Assembly: GCF_000150275.1 (NCBI RefSeq)
Contig: NW_002060943.1
Coordinates: forward strand, 6,626,299 to 6,690,298
Source: Trichoplax adhaerens
Taxonomy: Eukaryota; Animalia; Placozoa
Length of the DNA: 64,000 nucleotides
Direction of reading: 5' to 3'
Of this stretch, positions 1-14,800 are shown in pieces. Each line of letters opens with the position of its first letter. The stretch's first letter is position 1. Both the position numbers and the translations under genes were made by a program. Below the pieces are notes generated by a model, which did not search any database, had not been told where the DNA came from, and worked only from the letters and a program-made list of their open reading frames with translations.

Positions 1-2467
1 GAGATAAAGGAGAATAGTTTCTATCATTAAATGTAAGACTATTATCCGCCATCAAAAGAAATGCTCGTGATATGTATAAGTGGCAGTTTGGACAAAGACA
101 TTAAACGACTAACAGTTGTCGCTGGATCCTTTCTATTTATCTTCTAATTAATCGAAAGATAATGCATTTCTCTTTTAATATTGACGAATATACACAATCA
201 CAGTATATCAGCCAAAAAAAAAAAATGGCTGATATGTCACAGACTCAATGATAACTGCATTCCTATTGACTTTTTTTAACTACAAATTAAAGTAATACCT
301 TTTCTAAACGATTAGAATCTAGTATTTTATGCTCAGGTCCTATTCCGCCTTTACTAACTTCTATTTATCCCTATAATCTAGCCTAGCAGAAGGTGCTCAA
401 GACAATTATCGTGAGAAAACTATTGTATCTAATAAAGTTGGTATTATATATCAAGAAATTACAAGGTAAATAAGACATTTCCTTTATATTGGATGATTAT
501 AATGAATCATGTTCTTGATTTCACGTGTGATAGAATAAGTATCCACTCTATAGTATGATAGTTTAGACATGACTTGTGAAAAGTATCTTAACTCAAGAAT
601 TTAAATAATAATACTCGTAATTTTAAAATGGTTATTTACTAAAGATCATCTGCTAGGAAAGCATAGGAATGGAATACGCGTAATTTCATCTTAATTAGGG
701 AAATCCAAATTACTATTAATGACAATTGTCTGAATATCTAAGCACAAAAATAGTTACTACTATTGAATGACTGTTTGAGTTAAAAGAATCAGGAATTATT
801 AGCGATGCTATCGCAGTCAAGGCTATTACAGCTATTAAAACTACATAACACGTCTATGTGGAATCGTCATTACCTATCGGTCGTTATTTCCACTAACGTG
901 ACACTAAAGTTATTTGACTCATAGGACCAACTCAATAGGTAAAAATGAAAACATTAATACTATATTTTCTTAAAATTGTAAGGTACAAGTTGTTTTCTTA
1001 GCCACAAATAGTACTATTCAAGTAGTAAATTCAAGAATGGCAACTGTTACCTATTGGTGGTCAGAAACGTTAGCATGATCTATTAAATCCAATCGACTTA
1101 ACGAGTAAAAAATTGTTTCCCATAATAGTATTGTAGTGAGTGATGTTGAGATTCTACTAGCATAAAGTAGAAACGAGTCATTATGAAGGCCATCCTGTCG
1201 TCACTAGGAATATGAATATTAAGATGATCAATTCAAAAAGTAAATAATTTAATACAGCTGTAGTTATTCTGTTGCTTTCGGTAATGTTATAACTATTTCA
1301 GTATAATTGACTCCGCAAGTAAGAAATGATTAACGTTATTCATCATAGTATTTAGCGATATAAAAGTTATTCCCCCCAAAATTGTCAATTCAAGAGTGAA
1401 TAGCTACTGCTATCTTGTTGTAAATAAAGCTTTTCAAGGTTAAAAGTGATGAACTATAGCAAATTACGCCCTAAGTAAGAAATACCTAACGGTATTTCCA
1501 TCATAACTATGATCATTTAAATTGTAGGATACAGATAATCAGAAATAGTCCCTAATATGCTATCGTCATCAGGGATATTCTAATTCTAGATGAATCTTAT
1601 CCATACTATACGAGTTAATTAATGAATGACTGTGGTACTGTTCTTCCAATGAATTTTGAAATGTTGAATAACTTGAACTAACTGATAACTTACGAAAACG
1701 TCTATTATCAACAATTTTTCTTAATTTACAATTGTGAGGTCCATTCGAAAATCTTAAGTAATGAATTTCTAAAGTATCGAACAAGTTGATTCTAATTACT
1801 AACTATAAAACGATAAAATGGTAACAACACCTCATCTTTAATACTGCTAACTTACCCGCAGTTCATATAATATTATGATTACCGTAGACAATCCTAAACA
1901 CCTCTGTTTGTATGTGTTAGTTTATGAATAAATCTACCCTAAATATGCTAACTCTTTCAAGGAAAACTATAGCCACTGATCTACCGAATCCAGAACTATC
2001 TTGCGCTAGGCTCTTCGATGATGACGGTCTAGAATTATGGCGATTAACTGTCGCCAACAACTAGCAAACCAACTATTCGGTGAAAATTGAGTGAGGATTT
2101 TCATCGAGTTGTGAAATTCCGGTAGTTGTTGAATGTACTCTCTTTACTAAATATAGCAAAGATTAATGGTCTATATCGCATAGTATACTTTTTTTCCTTT
2201 ATTAGACAGCGCTGATGTATTTGATTGGACTTCCGCTATTAATTAACTTGAGTTACGTACTGATCGAAAGTTTTGACTCATTATCGAAACTAATTATTAA
2301 TTAACGAATTTTATCCCTATGATGGAAATTAAATGAATAAATTGGTGCTAAAACGAGTGTGTAATACGTGAACTAGCCGAAATTAGGCCTTCCATACTTA
2401 ACTACACTTGTTTCAAATGCTATTGAATATGAAAATAGCTAATATTGAATCGAGATATTTCATTATT

Positions 2468-2489
2468 TGTTGTTGTTGTTGTTGTTGTT
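2468..2489. repeat. (GTT)n microsatellite
   Basis: About 7 tandem TGT/GTT units read directly. Confidence 0.85.
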
Positions 2490-2875
2490 TGAATATTATA
2501 TGATTCAGTAGAAGAATTGATTGGTTGCATAAAAGCTGAACAATAATAATATAATCAATTCTTTCATTTTCAAGCTTGATTATCATTTTCTATTTTCTCA
2601 CCAAGATCCTTTCATTCTTTCTGTTTTAATTTCTTTGCCTATAGTGCCATCGTTCCAACTATCATTTGATTATTAACCAATATTAACTTCTTGATGAGGA
2701 AAGAGTAGTTATCTTAAGCTAGAAATTATCCAACTGTAGTGGATTTGATAACTATTTCCGACATTCAGCGCCAATGTCAATTGAATCCAATTGCAATACA
2801 ATAGTCTAGGACTGGAGATAATAAAAGTTGATTAAGCATCCAATAGAATAAAGGCAAGAAATTTTTTATCTAACG

Positions 2876-5800
2876 ATGACAACCAATAAGCAAAATTATC
2901 AAGAAAAGGCAACATCACTTCATTATTATCATCGTCATTATCCAGTCAAGATGGACACCTATTCTACGTTACCTTTAGATGGGCAAAGTAGTGGTAGTAG
3001 TAGTATGAGTGGTAGTAGTAGTCTTCAGGATAATCATCGTAGTTATCATTCCAATCCGTCATCACCAACCAGTACAACATCATCGACACCATTACCATCA
3101 CCATCACTGATTAGTAGTAAAATTGGTCGTTTTAATACTGTTAGTGCTGGACAATTGGGTAAACTATCACGCCAATATCAATACGATAGTCAAGATGGTG
3201 GCTACTTCGAGACGTTATCATCATCACCACCTAATCGTCATCAATTTTATTCACTTCATGTTACTGGTCATCAATGGAAGAAAACTGCATTCAATTCGTC
3301 AGGATCTTATCCCGATCAAGATGAAAATGATAGTCATTCAGGTCGGAAATTATTTCAAAAAATTGGCAGACCCTATAAAAGTGTTGATCAAAGCCAATCG
3401 TTATGTCGATCAGGATTTTGCCACTACGATTTCTATAGCCCATGTGTCGATTTCTATAAATCGATTCAACGTGGCCAATTATTTAAACAGCAAAGTTCGA
3501 CTGGTGCATCAGCAGCAGCACAGGCTATGGAACAACATATCGATAGTCCAGAAAATAATTTCAGCGATGATAACTTAAGTCCTAGTCTAAGCCCTCTTGG
3601 TCCTTCATCGAATCAAATGTATTTAACCGATCAGCTTATTATTCAAGAATGTGCCCACTTTAAATGTGAATTCAATCCAATCTTAACACCCCATTCCAAT
3701 TTAATTCAACAATATCCTAATGGCAATCATGCTCAAGGTAATTTAAAAAATGGCTGGTGGAAAATTATGGGACAATGTCATGATCAAGATATTGCACCCA
3801 TGGAGAAATTTGAATATTTCGATTATGGAGCGCATTATTATCTCTATCGTTTCTCTGGTAAAGGTAAGATGACTTATTTTCTTTCTTAAATCGCAATAAA
3901 CTTTTGCAACCACTGCTTACCTAGGAGCGTATGCTATTACAGTACGAGTGATGATCAATATCATCTATAAATAAAAGAATTGATATCGATATTAGCATCA
4001 ATTTGATGACCGTAGGCTGGTTAATACTTGCCGTAGATGCCCCCCCCCCTCCAATTTTTCCTTTTTACTCTCTTCCTTCCTCACTACTCCGCCCTCTTTC
4101 AACAATGCGGTACAATGTTATACTAGCAGAGATTGTGGCCTACATAATTTTAACTTAAATGAATATCAATCCGTAGTACTATCCATGTCTCAAAGATGCT
4201 CATTATGGAGGAAAAGACCATTATAAGTTTTAAAAATTATCGTTTATTAAATATCAAATCCTCCTTATCCTAAATAAATTTATAGTTTTCGATAGTTGCT
4301 TTTTGAATATTTTATTTTCTTATAGATATGAAGCCTAATAAATGGGAATCGATTTTAAGTTCATCTTTCAATTCTGATAGCTATTTTGAATAAATTACCA
4401 GGGCGGTTAAAATATTATCATTATCTATTAGAAGATCTATAGGAAATACCGATAGGGACATGATAATATCAAAATTATTAATCTTTGAAGTAGCACTAAA
4501 CATTCTATAAATAATTGTCTGCCAAATTTAAAATAATTCCACTGTATTATCGTAATAGAGTGGTTCGATTGGACGTATTTAGCTCTGTCTTAATCCGTAA
4601 TAATATTCCTAAATATTGATACACTTACTTAGTATAATATCAGCCTAAATTTACCGTTTTAATCAAAGAAATGTCAATCAAACGAATAAGAGATTCATCC
4701 ATTTGAATGAATCATTTTTAATTTATTTTTTTCCACCATTCATTCTGTAGCTCATTATAGATTAGATTGATTTAATACGGTAAGTTATTAAAGCACCTGA
4801 GATTACTGTCCTGATGGTCAAGGCTACTATTTCCGTAAAATAAGCATAGCTATTGCTTCACAATCGTCAAATGGAATTCTGAATGAAATATAAAGATTGA
4901 CACTTAAAATAATTCCGATTTTACTCTCTCATAGCGGTTTCCTCACCAAAATTTAGCTCATATTTCTTACACTTACTTTATAATAGAAATACTTCCTTTG
5001 CTAACTCATTCATTCGTGAAATCTATAACAAAGTCCCCATTTATCTTTTTTATTAACTTATCATCGTTCGTTTTTGAACACTATCGTTGCTGATCTTCCA
5101 GCAGCGAGGCAATGTGAAGCAACAAAGTATTTTAGGAATTATCACTTGTCTTTACGCTAATTGATCATTTCAAATTAAAAACGCGGAATATCAATGCTAT
5201 TTTTCTATAATTTATATATACGTGCATGAGCAAATGCCTACTTATACTCCTTCGCTATGAACTTAATAAATCATATGCTGGTCCTTTCAAATCGCGAATA
5301 CTTCCTTATTATCATGATCTAATAATAGAAAAACTCATGATATGCTACCCAAGGCTGCTTTTCTTGCCCACATCACTGCTTGTTCTTCGTGTTTTTTTCT
5401 ATGGTTCAACATTTAACAGCAATTACAGTAAAGAAAAAATGCCGAGATATATTTATTTATAAGAATTATCATCTATTATTATTTTCAGTATCATATATTC
5501 TTAGCTCTTACGTACTAGAGCAATTGCGCTAAGTCAAAAAGGAATAAATGTCTGAGACTGATTTTGCTACTAGCAAACATCATTCGATAACTTAAATATT
5601 CAAGTCGATGTTGGTCCAAGTTAATCACGGATGGATAGCCTTAGAAGTTGTAAGAAAGTAGAATATTTATCGCTCTAACGACATCTTTCGAATTTAAATC
5701 ACCTCCTGTCGTTCTTAATAACTAATTTTCTTCCATATAACAGCATTAAATACAAATAATTTGCCTCTTAGGGAGAATTAAAAGAAAATACAAGATAGAG

Positions 5801-8800
5801 ACTGATATAAGCTAATTACTGTCTATAGTTTTAAAAATTGAAGTCTATATGGCTCCAGAGCGATCATGAATAGGGTTCAAAACAGAGAGGAAGTAAAATA
5901 TGTAACATGACGATATGATCATTTATATTCTCATCTTATATAGAATCATCTTCGATGTCTAATATTCTTCCTAATAGTAACCCCAATATCACGTATAAAA
6001 GCACGTATTTTCGGTGCACTTTTATAACATTGACTCCATTTTAGAGGGATTATTTTATGCAATGTAATCAATGGCAGTAGATGGCATTATTTGGAGATTA
6101 ATAAAGTTACTATGACCTAGTATTTATCTGTTATTATTATGATACAGGATATTAACATTTCATGAATGAATGCCCAAGAATTCTAGTAATTTGAGTCCTA
6201 TTTTTTTATCTTTATATCAATTTCTAACATCAATGACGTGAACAATATAATCATAAAAAAACAATAATTGTAATTCAATGAATGGTTTCAACTATCCAAT
6301 ATTACGGCATTAATATTCATGAAATCTATTCATATGAAGTTATAATAATGAATGATGGGTTGTGTAGAGTTGAGTTCATGAATAAGTAAAGTTATAGCAT
6401 GTTTAAGTAGTACGATTAGCATCTTCAAAATAAATACCTAAGGTTACAGTTTACTATCTACAATGAGCGCTTTGTTTTAGCTATGTTGATATAAGGTACG
6501 TAAATTTTAAGAAGTAACAATCAATTTTCCAGAAAGACTTATAAATAATGATATCATTTATTTAAAATTCATGTAGAAGTTGCATCATAACGTAAAAACA
6601 GATCGACTACAAGCAACAATAAAGACAAGCTATAATATAACTTTCGCCAAAGCTTGCCCAATTAGCTTAATTTGTTTTACCACCCGATATGACCATGTAA
6701 TATTAGCGTTAATCGCTTTACCATTTTTTATTATATAGTATAAAGGTCTTCTCTTAATATTCTAATGCTGATATCAAATTTTGCCACGTAAGATATGAAA
6801 ATTAGTTCAACCCATTAATCTGATTTGGTTAAGCGGTTTGAATATCGCTATAGTAGCTGCAGCGAAATTATTGACTACATTCTTTAATTATTCTCACAAT
6901 TTCCTTTATTTCAATACTTTGAATGGCAATATTGATGTTGTTATGGTTAAGAGATGAACAAGCAGCCTCTCATGAAGAGTTTAGCAAAAAGAAAATTCAC
7001 ACTTCTACAATATAACTTAGTTTGCTTTTCAATCTGATTTGCTAGTTTCTCCTTCGGTAGGCTAGAATAATTCGTTGATGGTTACTTTATAAATCAATAT
7101 GATTTCTACCGATTTAGTCAGAACATTGACGATGGTTAACTCGTTGATAATGTTTGATTATGAAGATAAATGCTAGTTGTTTTAATATCGTTTAAATATA
7201 ATAGCTGCGAGTTCCATGAATCTTCATACTTACGTCCTCATCCCTGTGCTTGTTGTATTTGTTATGCATAGACTGATGGTTACGGTTAAGTTTACATCTT
7301 TCCATATTATGGTTTACGTATTCTCCTTTCCTTTTTCGCTCATTTATTTACGAACGCAAGCTAGCTAAGAAATTGTTTCTTTGCATTTAAATTTTATTAT
7401 TTAATTTTACTATTATCATTTCAAGACAAAAATTGATCTATATTGCAAAATATTTTTTTCTCAATTCTCACCATTTTAACAAAGATATTCTATGTTCTAT
7501 GAAATAATCCCTAATTAATTCCTTTAATAGTTAATTCTTCTTCGCACATTCAATAAACAGAACATCATTGTCGAATTGATTAATCTACCATCGATAGAGT
7601 GAACTTGCTCAATTTACTATTTCAACATATGATTATCATTTAAGGCGAAACAATTAAGATGAATAACTATTACCTATATAGATCGATAATCTAAAAAAGT
7701 AATAAGTGACATTTGGAAGAAAATTCAATGCGAGATTACCATGTCAAAATGTCATGAATGAGTCGGTAAAGAAGGCAAATTATGCTATAGCCCCTAAATT
7801 ATGAAAACGAGATGCCACATTGATAGCGATATTGTTTGGTCATCTTTATCCAAAGTTTGATTTGATGAAGCTAGCTAAACAGTAGCATTATTTATTGATG
7901 CAGCCTTAATCTCTTAGGTTGTTTTCAATTAACGACGAACGATATCTCTACAGATAAGATTGAGCTCATATATTATTTTGACAGCAACTTTATCGAGTTA
8001 ACTACCTCTTTTTCATTCCTACTACATAAATAAATCAGAAAACCCTCATAGCCGGTTGTAGCCATACGAGATAGCAATTTCATTCGATTTTCCTAGAAGA
8101 CTATTTTAGCACTTAAAATGATGCTAAATTCAAGATCTTTTACAATTAGGAAATAAGATTTGTCATCGATATAAAATTTAAAAGCTGAACTTCCTAAATC
8201 ATCAATGCTGCTAGTAGATTTAATTAAACAGTAAAAAAATTCACCTTTCTCGAGTGCAAGGTCAATATATTATTTTGAAACATCTTGAACAAATAGTTTA
8301 ACTTGGATAAATCGATGTCAGTTAATATGATCTATCATAAAATTAAAAAGATGTATGACTTTACTCAATTATCATACTTATAGACATTATTTAGTGATCA
8401 TATCTTGAAGCTTTGGTAGATTTTATCCTAACTGTCTTATTTGTCTAACCGGCCTAATGTTTATATATCCCACCTTCTTGTAGAGCATTTCAATTATTTT
8501 GGCTTAGATGACCAAATTGGTCCAATAGCCATATCGATTCGACGCATAAAGGGTTCGAAGAAGAAAAATAACTTGTCTAAATCAATTCAAAATTTTAACA
8601 AGTATTACATAATCATTCGAAGTTGCCAGGTAAGGACGCACTGCGTTATCTCAAAGTGATTGCACCTTAAAAGTTTCATTCTATATATCATCTGTTTTAA
8701 AGTGAGCTTAATGACTGTTATGCTTCCATCAGGTGTATTGTATTGCATAACTTTCGTTATAATCGATATAAGATTTATTTACTCTATCTCTATAATCGAT

Positions 8801-11800
8801 GTTAAAATGGATTATAGTTTATTCTAATTTCTCCTATGGCGTAATAGCTTCATAATAAATTTTTTTAATCAGCAGCACTTGTAGATAGTTGACGATAACG
8901 ACCTTGTATAACTGAATTAGAATATTTATTATTAAATTAATTTTAATGCTAATCATCCGTTTCTCGTAATTCCTAGCTACTGTGATCTGTTTATCTAATG
9001 TAGATACAGAGCTATCATTCAATACAGTATAAATTAGCCACACATTGGTCTACTTATTAGATAGTGTTGATTAAAGACTTTAATCAAATTAAAGTATTTG
9101 AAAAATATTTTATTGCATCATGCCCTACTTACTTATTTTTCTAGTTGGAAACATTACGAGGAAGCATATCGGAAGAGTGTATTACCAAAACTTCGAAAGT
9201 TAAAATTGATACATTTCGCCCTGTAATTGAACACGTGGCTCCTGAAATACAAATATCTTGTCTACGACAAGGCCAATATAACGTCGAGGTCTATATTATT
9301 TTATGACAATCTTAGCATATTAATGCAAGTCGTACTTCAAATAGCTAACAGTCAAGCAAAGCAGATCAAAAATAGCATATCATGGGCGAAAATAATTGTC
9401 ACTTAGGATTATTTCAATTTCCTTTTCTTATACTTTAATCTTACATGATAAAAAATATAAATATTTAAGAATAGATAAAAATTGTAAAGACAGGGAAGAT
9501 TAACATCTTGCTATTTTTATATTTTAGTGTGCTTCTGAATTACTGAGTTTTGATAATCAACTATGGGTTAGTAGAATGATTAAAGCGACTTGTATACTAG
9601 TATTTACATGATGTTTTAACTGTTTTGCTTCAATTGCCCTTCTACCAATGTCAGATTAAGAAACTCTTCGTAACCAGTTGTTTTTTACTTTATCATTAAC
9701 ATTAAATTCTATCTGCTTATAGCTTACAGATGTGTATAAATTTGGAGTTTTATATTGTAAGAAAGATCAAACCAGTGAAGAAGAAATTTATCGAAACTGT
9801 GAGGCAATGTTTTTATACCTAATATGAAATATATATATGGATGTAATACAATATGATTATTAATGAGATAAAACGATCGATTTTAACTTAATAATTAGGT
9901 GATTCTAGTCCACGTTTCGAAAGATTTCTCTCCATCTTGGGAGATAGAATAACATTACAAGGCTTCCAAGGTTATAAAGGCCAATTAGATATTAAAAGTA
10001 AGGCAATAATGACCAACAAGATAATACAGTAGGTTTAACTTTAAAGACATAATATTCGCTTTAATTTCATCATAATTTATCCTGATTTCTCATTAGCTAT
10101 CGTCAATATCATTTACAATCTAATTTAAGGACGAATTGAATTAATTTTCTGTTAATTAATTATTCATTAAGAATCATATTGATGCATATTAATTCTTAAA
10201 AGTGATCGATTTACCTATAGACTTTAAATGAATCTAATATCTAAAATCTCTATACTGTGATATAATTACAATATCAATCTCTTACATATTGATACTCGTG
10301 CTTTCATTTATTAGCTTATAAATTATCAAGCACGTACAATCTCAGTAAAATTATCTCTAGCAGTATTTTCAGTTAATCAAATAATTATCATGTTATTATC
10401 ATATACTAAATCATAATATTGCTGTAATAATATGAGTCTAGATATTATTGCCTAACTGACATGCCTTTTAGTATAAATCTTTAAACTGAATGCCACTGTT
10501 ACCTTACCTGGACCAGTTACCTAATTTTAATGTAGTCCTTTCATCGATAACTTAGATAATACTACTGGAACAGAGTCAATTTACACAAAATACTACGGCA
10601 ATCAAATTATGTACCATGTATCAACCTTACTACCTTATAATCAAGATTGTGGACAGCAGGTACTAAAATTATTTACTAGAACTGGCTGAAGGCAAAGTAA
10701 AACTATACTAGGCCTGTATCCCAATTAAGCCATAGTTCAAACTAACAGCTGAATTCTTATTTTATGAATAGTTGATGAGGAAAAGACATATTGGAAATGA
10801 TATCGTTACGTTTATCTTTCAAGAAAATGATGCTCCACCCTTTTCTCCAAGAATTATTCGTTCAAACTTCCAGCACGTCTTTATTGTAGTCCGCCCTGTC
10901 TATGATGCTTCTCAAAATCTTATATTCAAGTAAGGATTAATTTAAAGCACCATACTAAGGTTACGTACAATAATCTTGCATTATCCAATCCATAATTTAT
11001 CGATATAAAACATCCATTTATATTCGATGAAATCAAGTCTTCACTAGATATCTTATCTATGTGCTAATTTCTTGCGGTTCTCCATTGGGTGGATGGAACT
11101 TGTAAATTCTTTAATAGTAGCCCAAATAAATTCTCTTCATCATCAATTTAATAACATCAATACTAGCTTATTAAACTTTTACCGATTATGGTCCATGAAT
11201 GAAATAGAATACTATATAAACGCATTAGATGACAAATTATGGCTGCACTAGGCAGAAATACATTACTATTAGCGATAACTTTTCATCCGGTTGGTAGATC
11301 ATCGGATATTTCATGCTGCAATTATTTCGTAAGCTTACGCTGATTTTTAATGTGTAAGTTACGTATATTATAATTATTTGGTCATATACGCGTATAACCA
11401 ATTAGTTGGATACTTTATAAAATTTGGTAATCTACGGGTTTCGTTATTTTAATTATAGTTCATTGTCTTCAGATATCATAATACGTAATCAATACAACTA
11501 TTAATTTTATGCTGATTCTTGATTGAATAGAGTCGCTGTTACTAAAGCATGTGGCATTGCTGATTTCGGCCCCTCTTTACCAAAGGAAGGTTTATTTACT
11601 GATGAAGACGAATTAAGGGATTTTCTTCTGACGAAAGGTAAATTTATATTTTGTACTTAACATCCATACACTCTGTCATTCTTATATTATTTACAAAATA
11701 GCTCACTAATATCAAATGAGATTTTTATTTAACCATTCAATATTTATTCTCATTATTTTTACGTTGGAATAATTCACTCGATTCTCGCTGCATCTACTCT

Positions 11801-14800
11801 CATGGATGATTAATCGTGGCGATCACTTTTCGGCCCTGATTATTTCATTTATTTACCTTTCCAGCTATCAATGGGGAGAATGCAACCAAAAGATCCTGTA
11901 AATTTCGATATTTAGCCATGAGAACACGAATGCAGTACTTAAAGGACATGTATGGAAGATTTACTACTAATTTAACTGTCGATCACGTTCCAAAATATGG
12001 TAATTCTTCCTACGATATTTAAAATTTCCTATGTTATTGTCAACTTTTAGTATCAATCTATTAATTTTATGTTGATAACATAACGGAATTCAGGTATTCT
12101 TTCACCAATTAAACAAATCAAAGTTAAAAATGATCCAAACATTGTAGAAGATAGTTTAGGAGGCTTTGCATATGGTGTTCAGGTACGTCCTTTTTCATAT
12201 GTACTATGAGTAATACGACTAGATGACTATACATTGATAATGTTTTTCGACAATTTGTTTGTTGTAATCATAATAGCTTGATAGGAACAAAAATGATAAA
12301 ATAGCGATGGTTATAACGGCATCAGTAATTCACATTATTAACATACATGAAATGGTAAGATTAAGCTGTATTAATATTACAGTTTGTACCTTCGATAAGG
12401 AGGTGACTTTAGCTTAAGATTTGTATAATATGAATAATAACTTTGTATTTTAGAAATTGATATGGAGTATACCTGGCCAGTCAATCATGGGATGGTTTAG
12501 GAAAGATATGCGGTAAGATAGATTTTCTTCAGTATAGTAGTTATTAGCTTACATGGGTAGTTAATTTAGATTATTTGAACTAAAAGATTAAATTGAAACG
12601 ATTTGAGTGCCGTCGCCTTCTTAAACTAATGTTAATGTAACAAACTGATCCAAATGAAGTCTGCTCAATAAAATTTCAAAGCCTTCAATAGTTAACGTCG
12701 ATATACTACTGTAGAAGCTGTTGAAATGCATTTAAAATATCAGTCTGTTATTTAAGGTTAACTATATATGCTCATTAAGAGATATGATAACACAAAAATT
12801 TTATCCTCACAGTCATGATAATTTATATCTGATCTCATTCTTTTCAAAGTTACAACATTAATTAGAATTAATAGTAAATTTACTTAATATTAAATCGATG
12901 TACAAGTATTTCTGAAAAAAATTAATTACAAAATACTATAATAATTGACGTGCTTCAAATTACATCAATTTTTGTTTTATTGTTAGAATCAAGATATTTT
13001 ATCATCATGGTAATAGTACTGGACTCCATTTACTTAGTTATCAAAGTCTATCTGATATTGATAGTAAATTAGACGTCATTTCTAGCGGACATAGGGTGAG
13101 AAATTATTAGTTAAATTATTAATAATAAAGATTATTAATTTGGATCTGTAAAATTCATTAACTTTCATAATTAAATGCTATTTTTTATTGTAGTAGAAAT
13201 AATTTTAGATCTATAATCTTTTAATACCGGTAAATCAATAATCTTCACAACTTTACATTATTAACCATGATAACATATAACTGTTATTGTTCGCTTTCCA
13301 AATCAGTAACTTTGTTACTATGGTCGTAGAATTCAAATCAATTATGCAAATTAGATGCCAGCTAATTTTTAATCGACAAATACTTAGTAGATAAGTCTAC
13401 AATTTAAAATAATTAATTGATCAATTATTATGATTGTATTTGGTATAAAGATGGCTCTTAAGTAGTTGGATATAATATTTTATCCAAGCAACTGAGTATT
13501 TGCTAGATCAGATGCCTTAGAGTTATAAATTTGTGTATCCGATACTAAAATTCATAGAGTTACCGTATGCGATTTATCTCATAGAGAATATCCTTCATAT
13601 TCCTTAATTAGGTATATGAAATAAAATTTAAACTCATGTCTCCCGGTTCTCATGGATTGCATATCTACCCGGATGGTATTATTGCTAAAATTGATGAAGA
13701 CAGTATGGCAGATAAATCAGTATTAAGGTCTGGATTTAAAGTTATTGAGGTACGAATAATTTAGTCATCAAATTAGGTGTTTCGCCTTATTATAAATCTG
13801 TTGATGGATCATCCATTCATTTTTGTTGACTGCATATATTGTTAATTATATGTTATCTCACATGGAGCAAGCTAGTGATAATGTTACCGTCCAAGTACGA
13901 AATCCAGTCATTTCGCGAATTGCCTAGTAACAATAATTTAAGTAAAATTGTTTACAGCAATTAAGGGATAATTAATTATCTACTAGATGATAGAATCAGT
14001 ATCACTCACTGTTCACACATACCGTATATACTTGTAAGTGTATAATAACAAAGGATATCCCCTAGATATCCAGCCGTATTATTTAATCTATATACAAATT
14101 TTAAATATGAAAATATTTTAGTGTTCAGCAGACTAACTATTTTCTGTGATTGTATGATAGGTCTGTGGGGTTCCATTCTTGTCTCATCGATACGAAGAAG
14201 TCATGGCTCATTTAGCTTATACAAATGACCTGGTATTAATCTACTTGATTCCCTCCTCAGATTCTTCGATCTATAATAGGCTAGTTTAAAACTGCATATG
14301 AAATAATACATCTTTATTCAATTTTACTTATATGATGAGATTGGCAATGGAAAGAATTTATTTAGAAGTAGAATACCATAATGTTGTTACTTTTTTAATC
14401 AGTGAGAACCTTGAAAATAGAAAGAAGTACCACCTGTTTAAGAAATTCAGCCTAAAAAAGATTTCTGAAGGATCAAAGCAAGACTTACCCACTAATGCAC
14501 AGGCTTTAACCGTAGCAGTGGCGAATGATGTACAAAATCGCGAAGCGAGTGACAATTCATCCATAGGATCGCTAGAAGAGTAAGTGATTGTGTTTCATTC
14601 GAATAAAATATAGTAATATCAAAGATGTCTTTTCGCTAACTACTATAGAGGCAAGCTTTTTTAAATATAGGACCCATAGTTCATTGAAAAAATTGCATGC
14701 TATACGCAAACGATATTCTGCGCAGTCTTATAATCTAGCTATATTACATAATGTAACATTCTATCTAGTCTCGGAAGAATATATTTAGACTTATATTAAC

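Noticed and set aside
3123-3578. 151 aa alternative-frame ORF, and antisense ORFs at 35301-35537, 36437-36856, 52889-53371 and 54387-54692
   Set aside because: They overlap real exons, have no recognisable motifs and are mostly non-ATG shadows.
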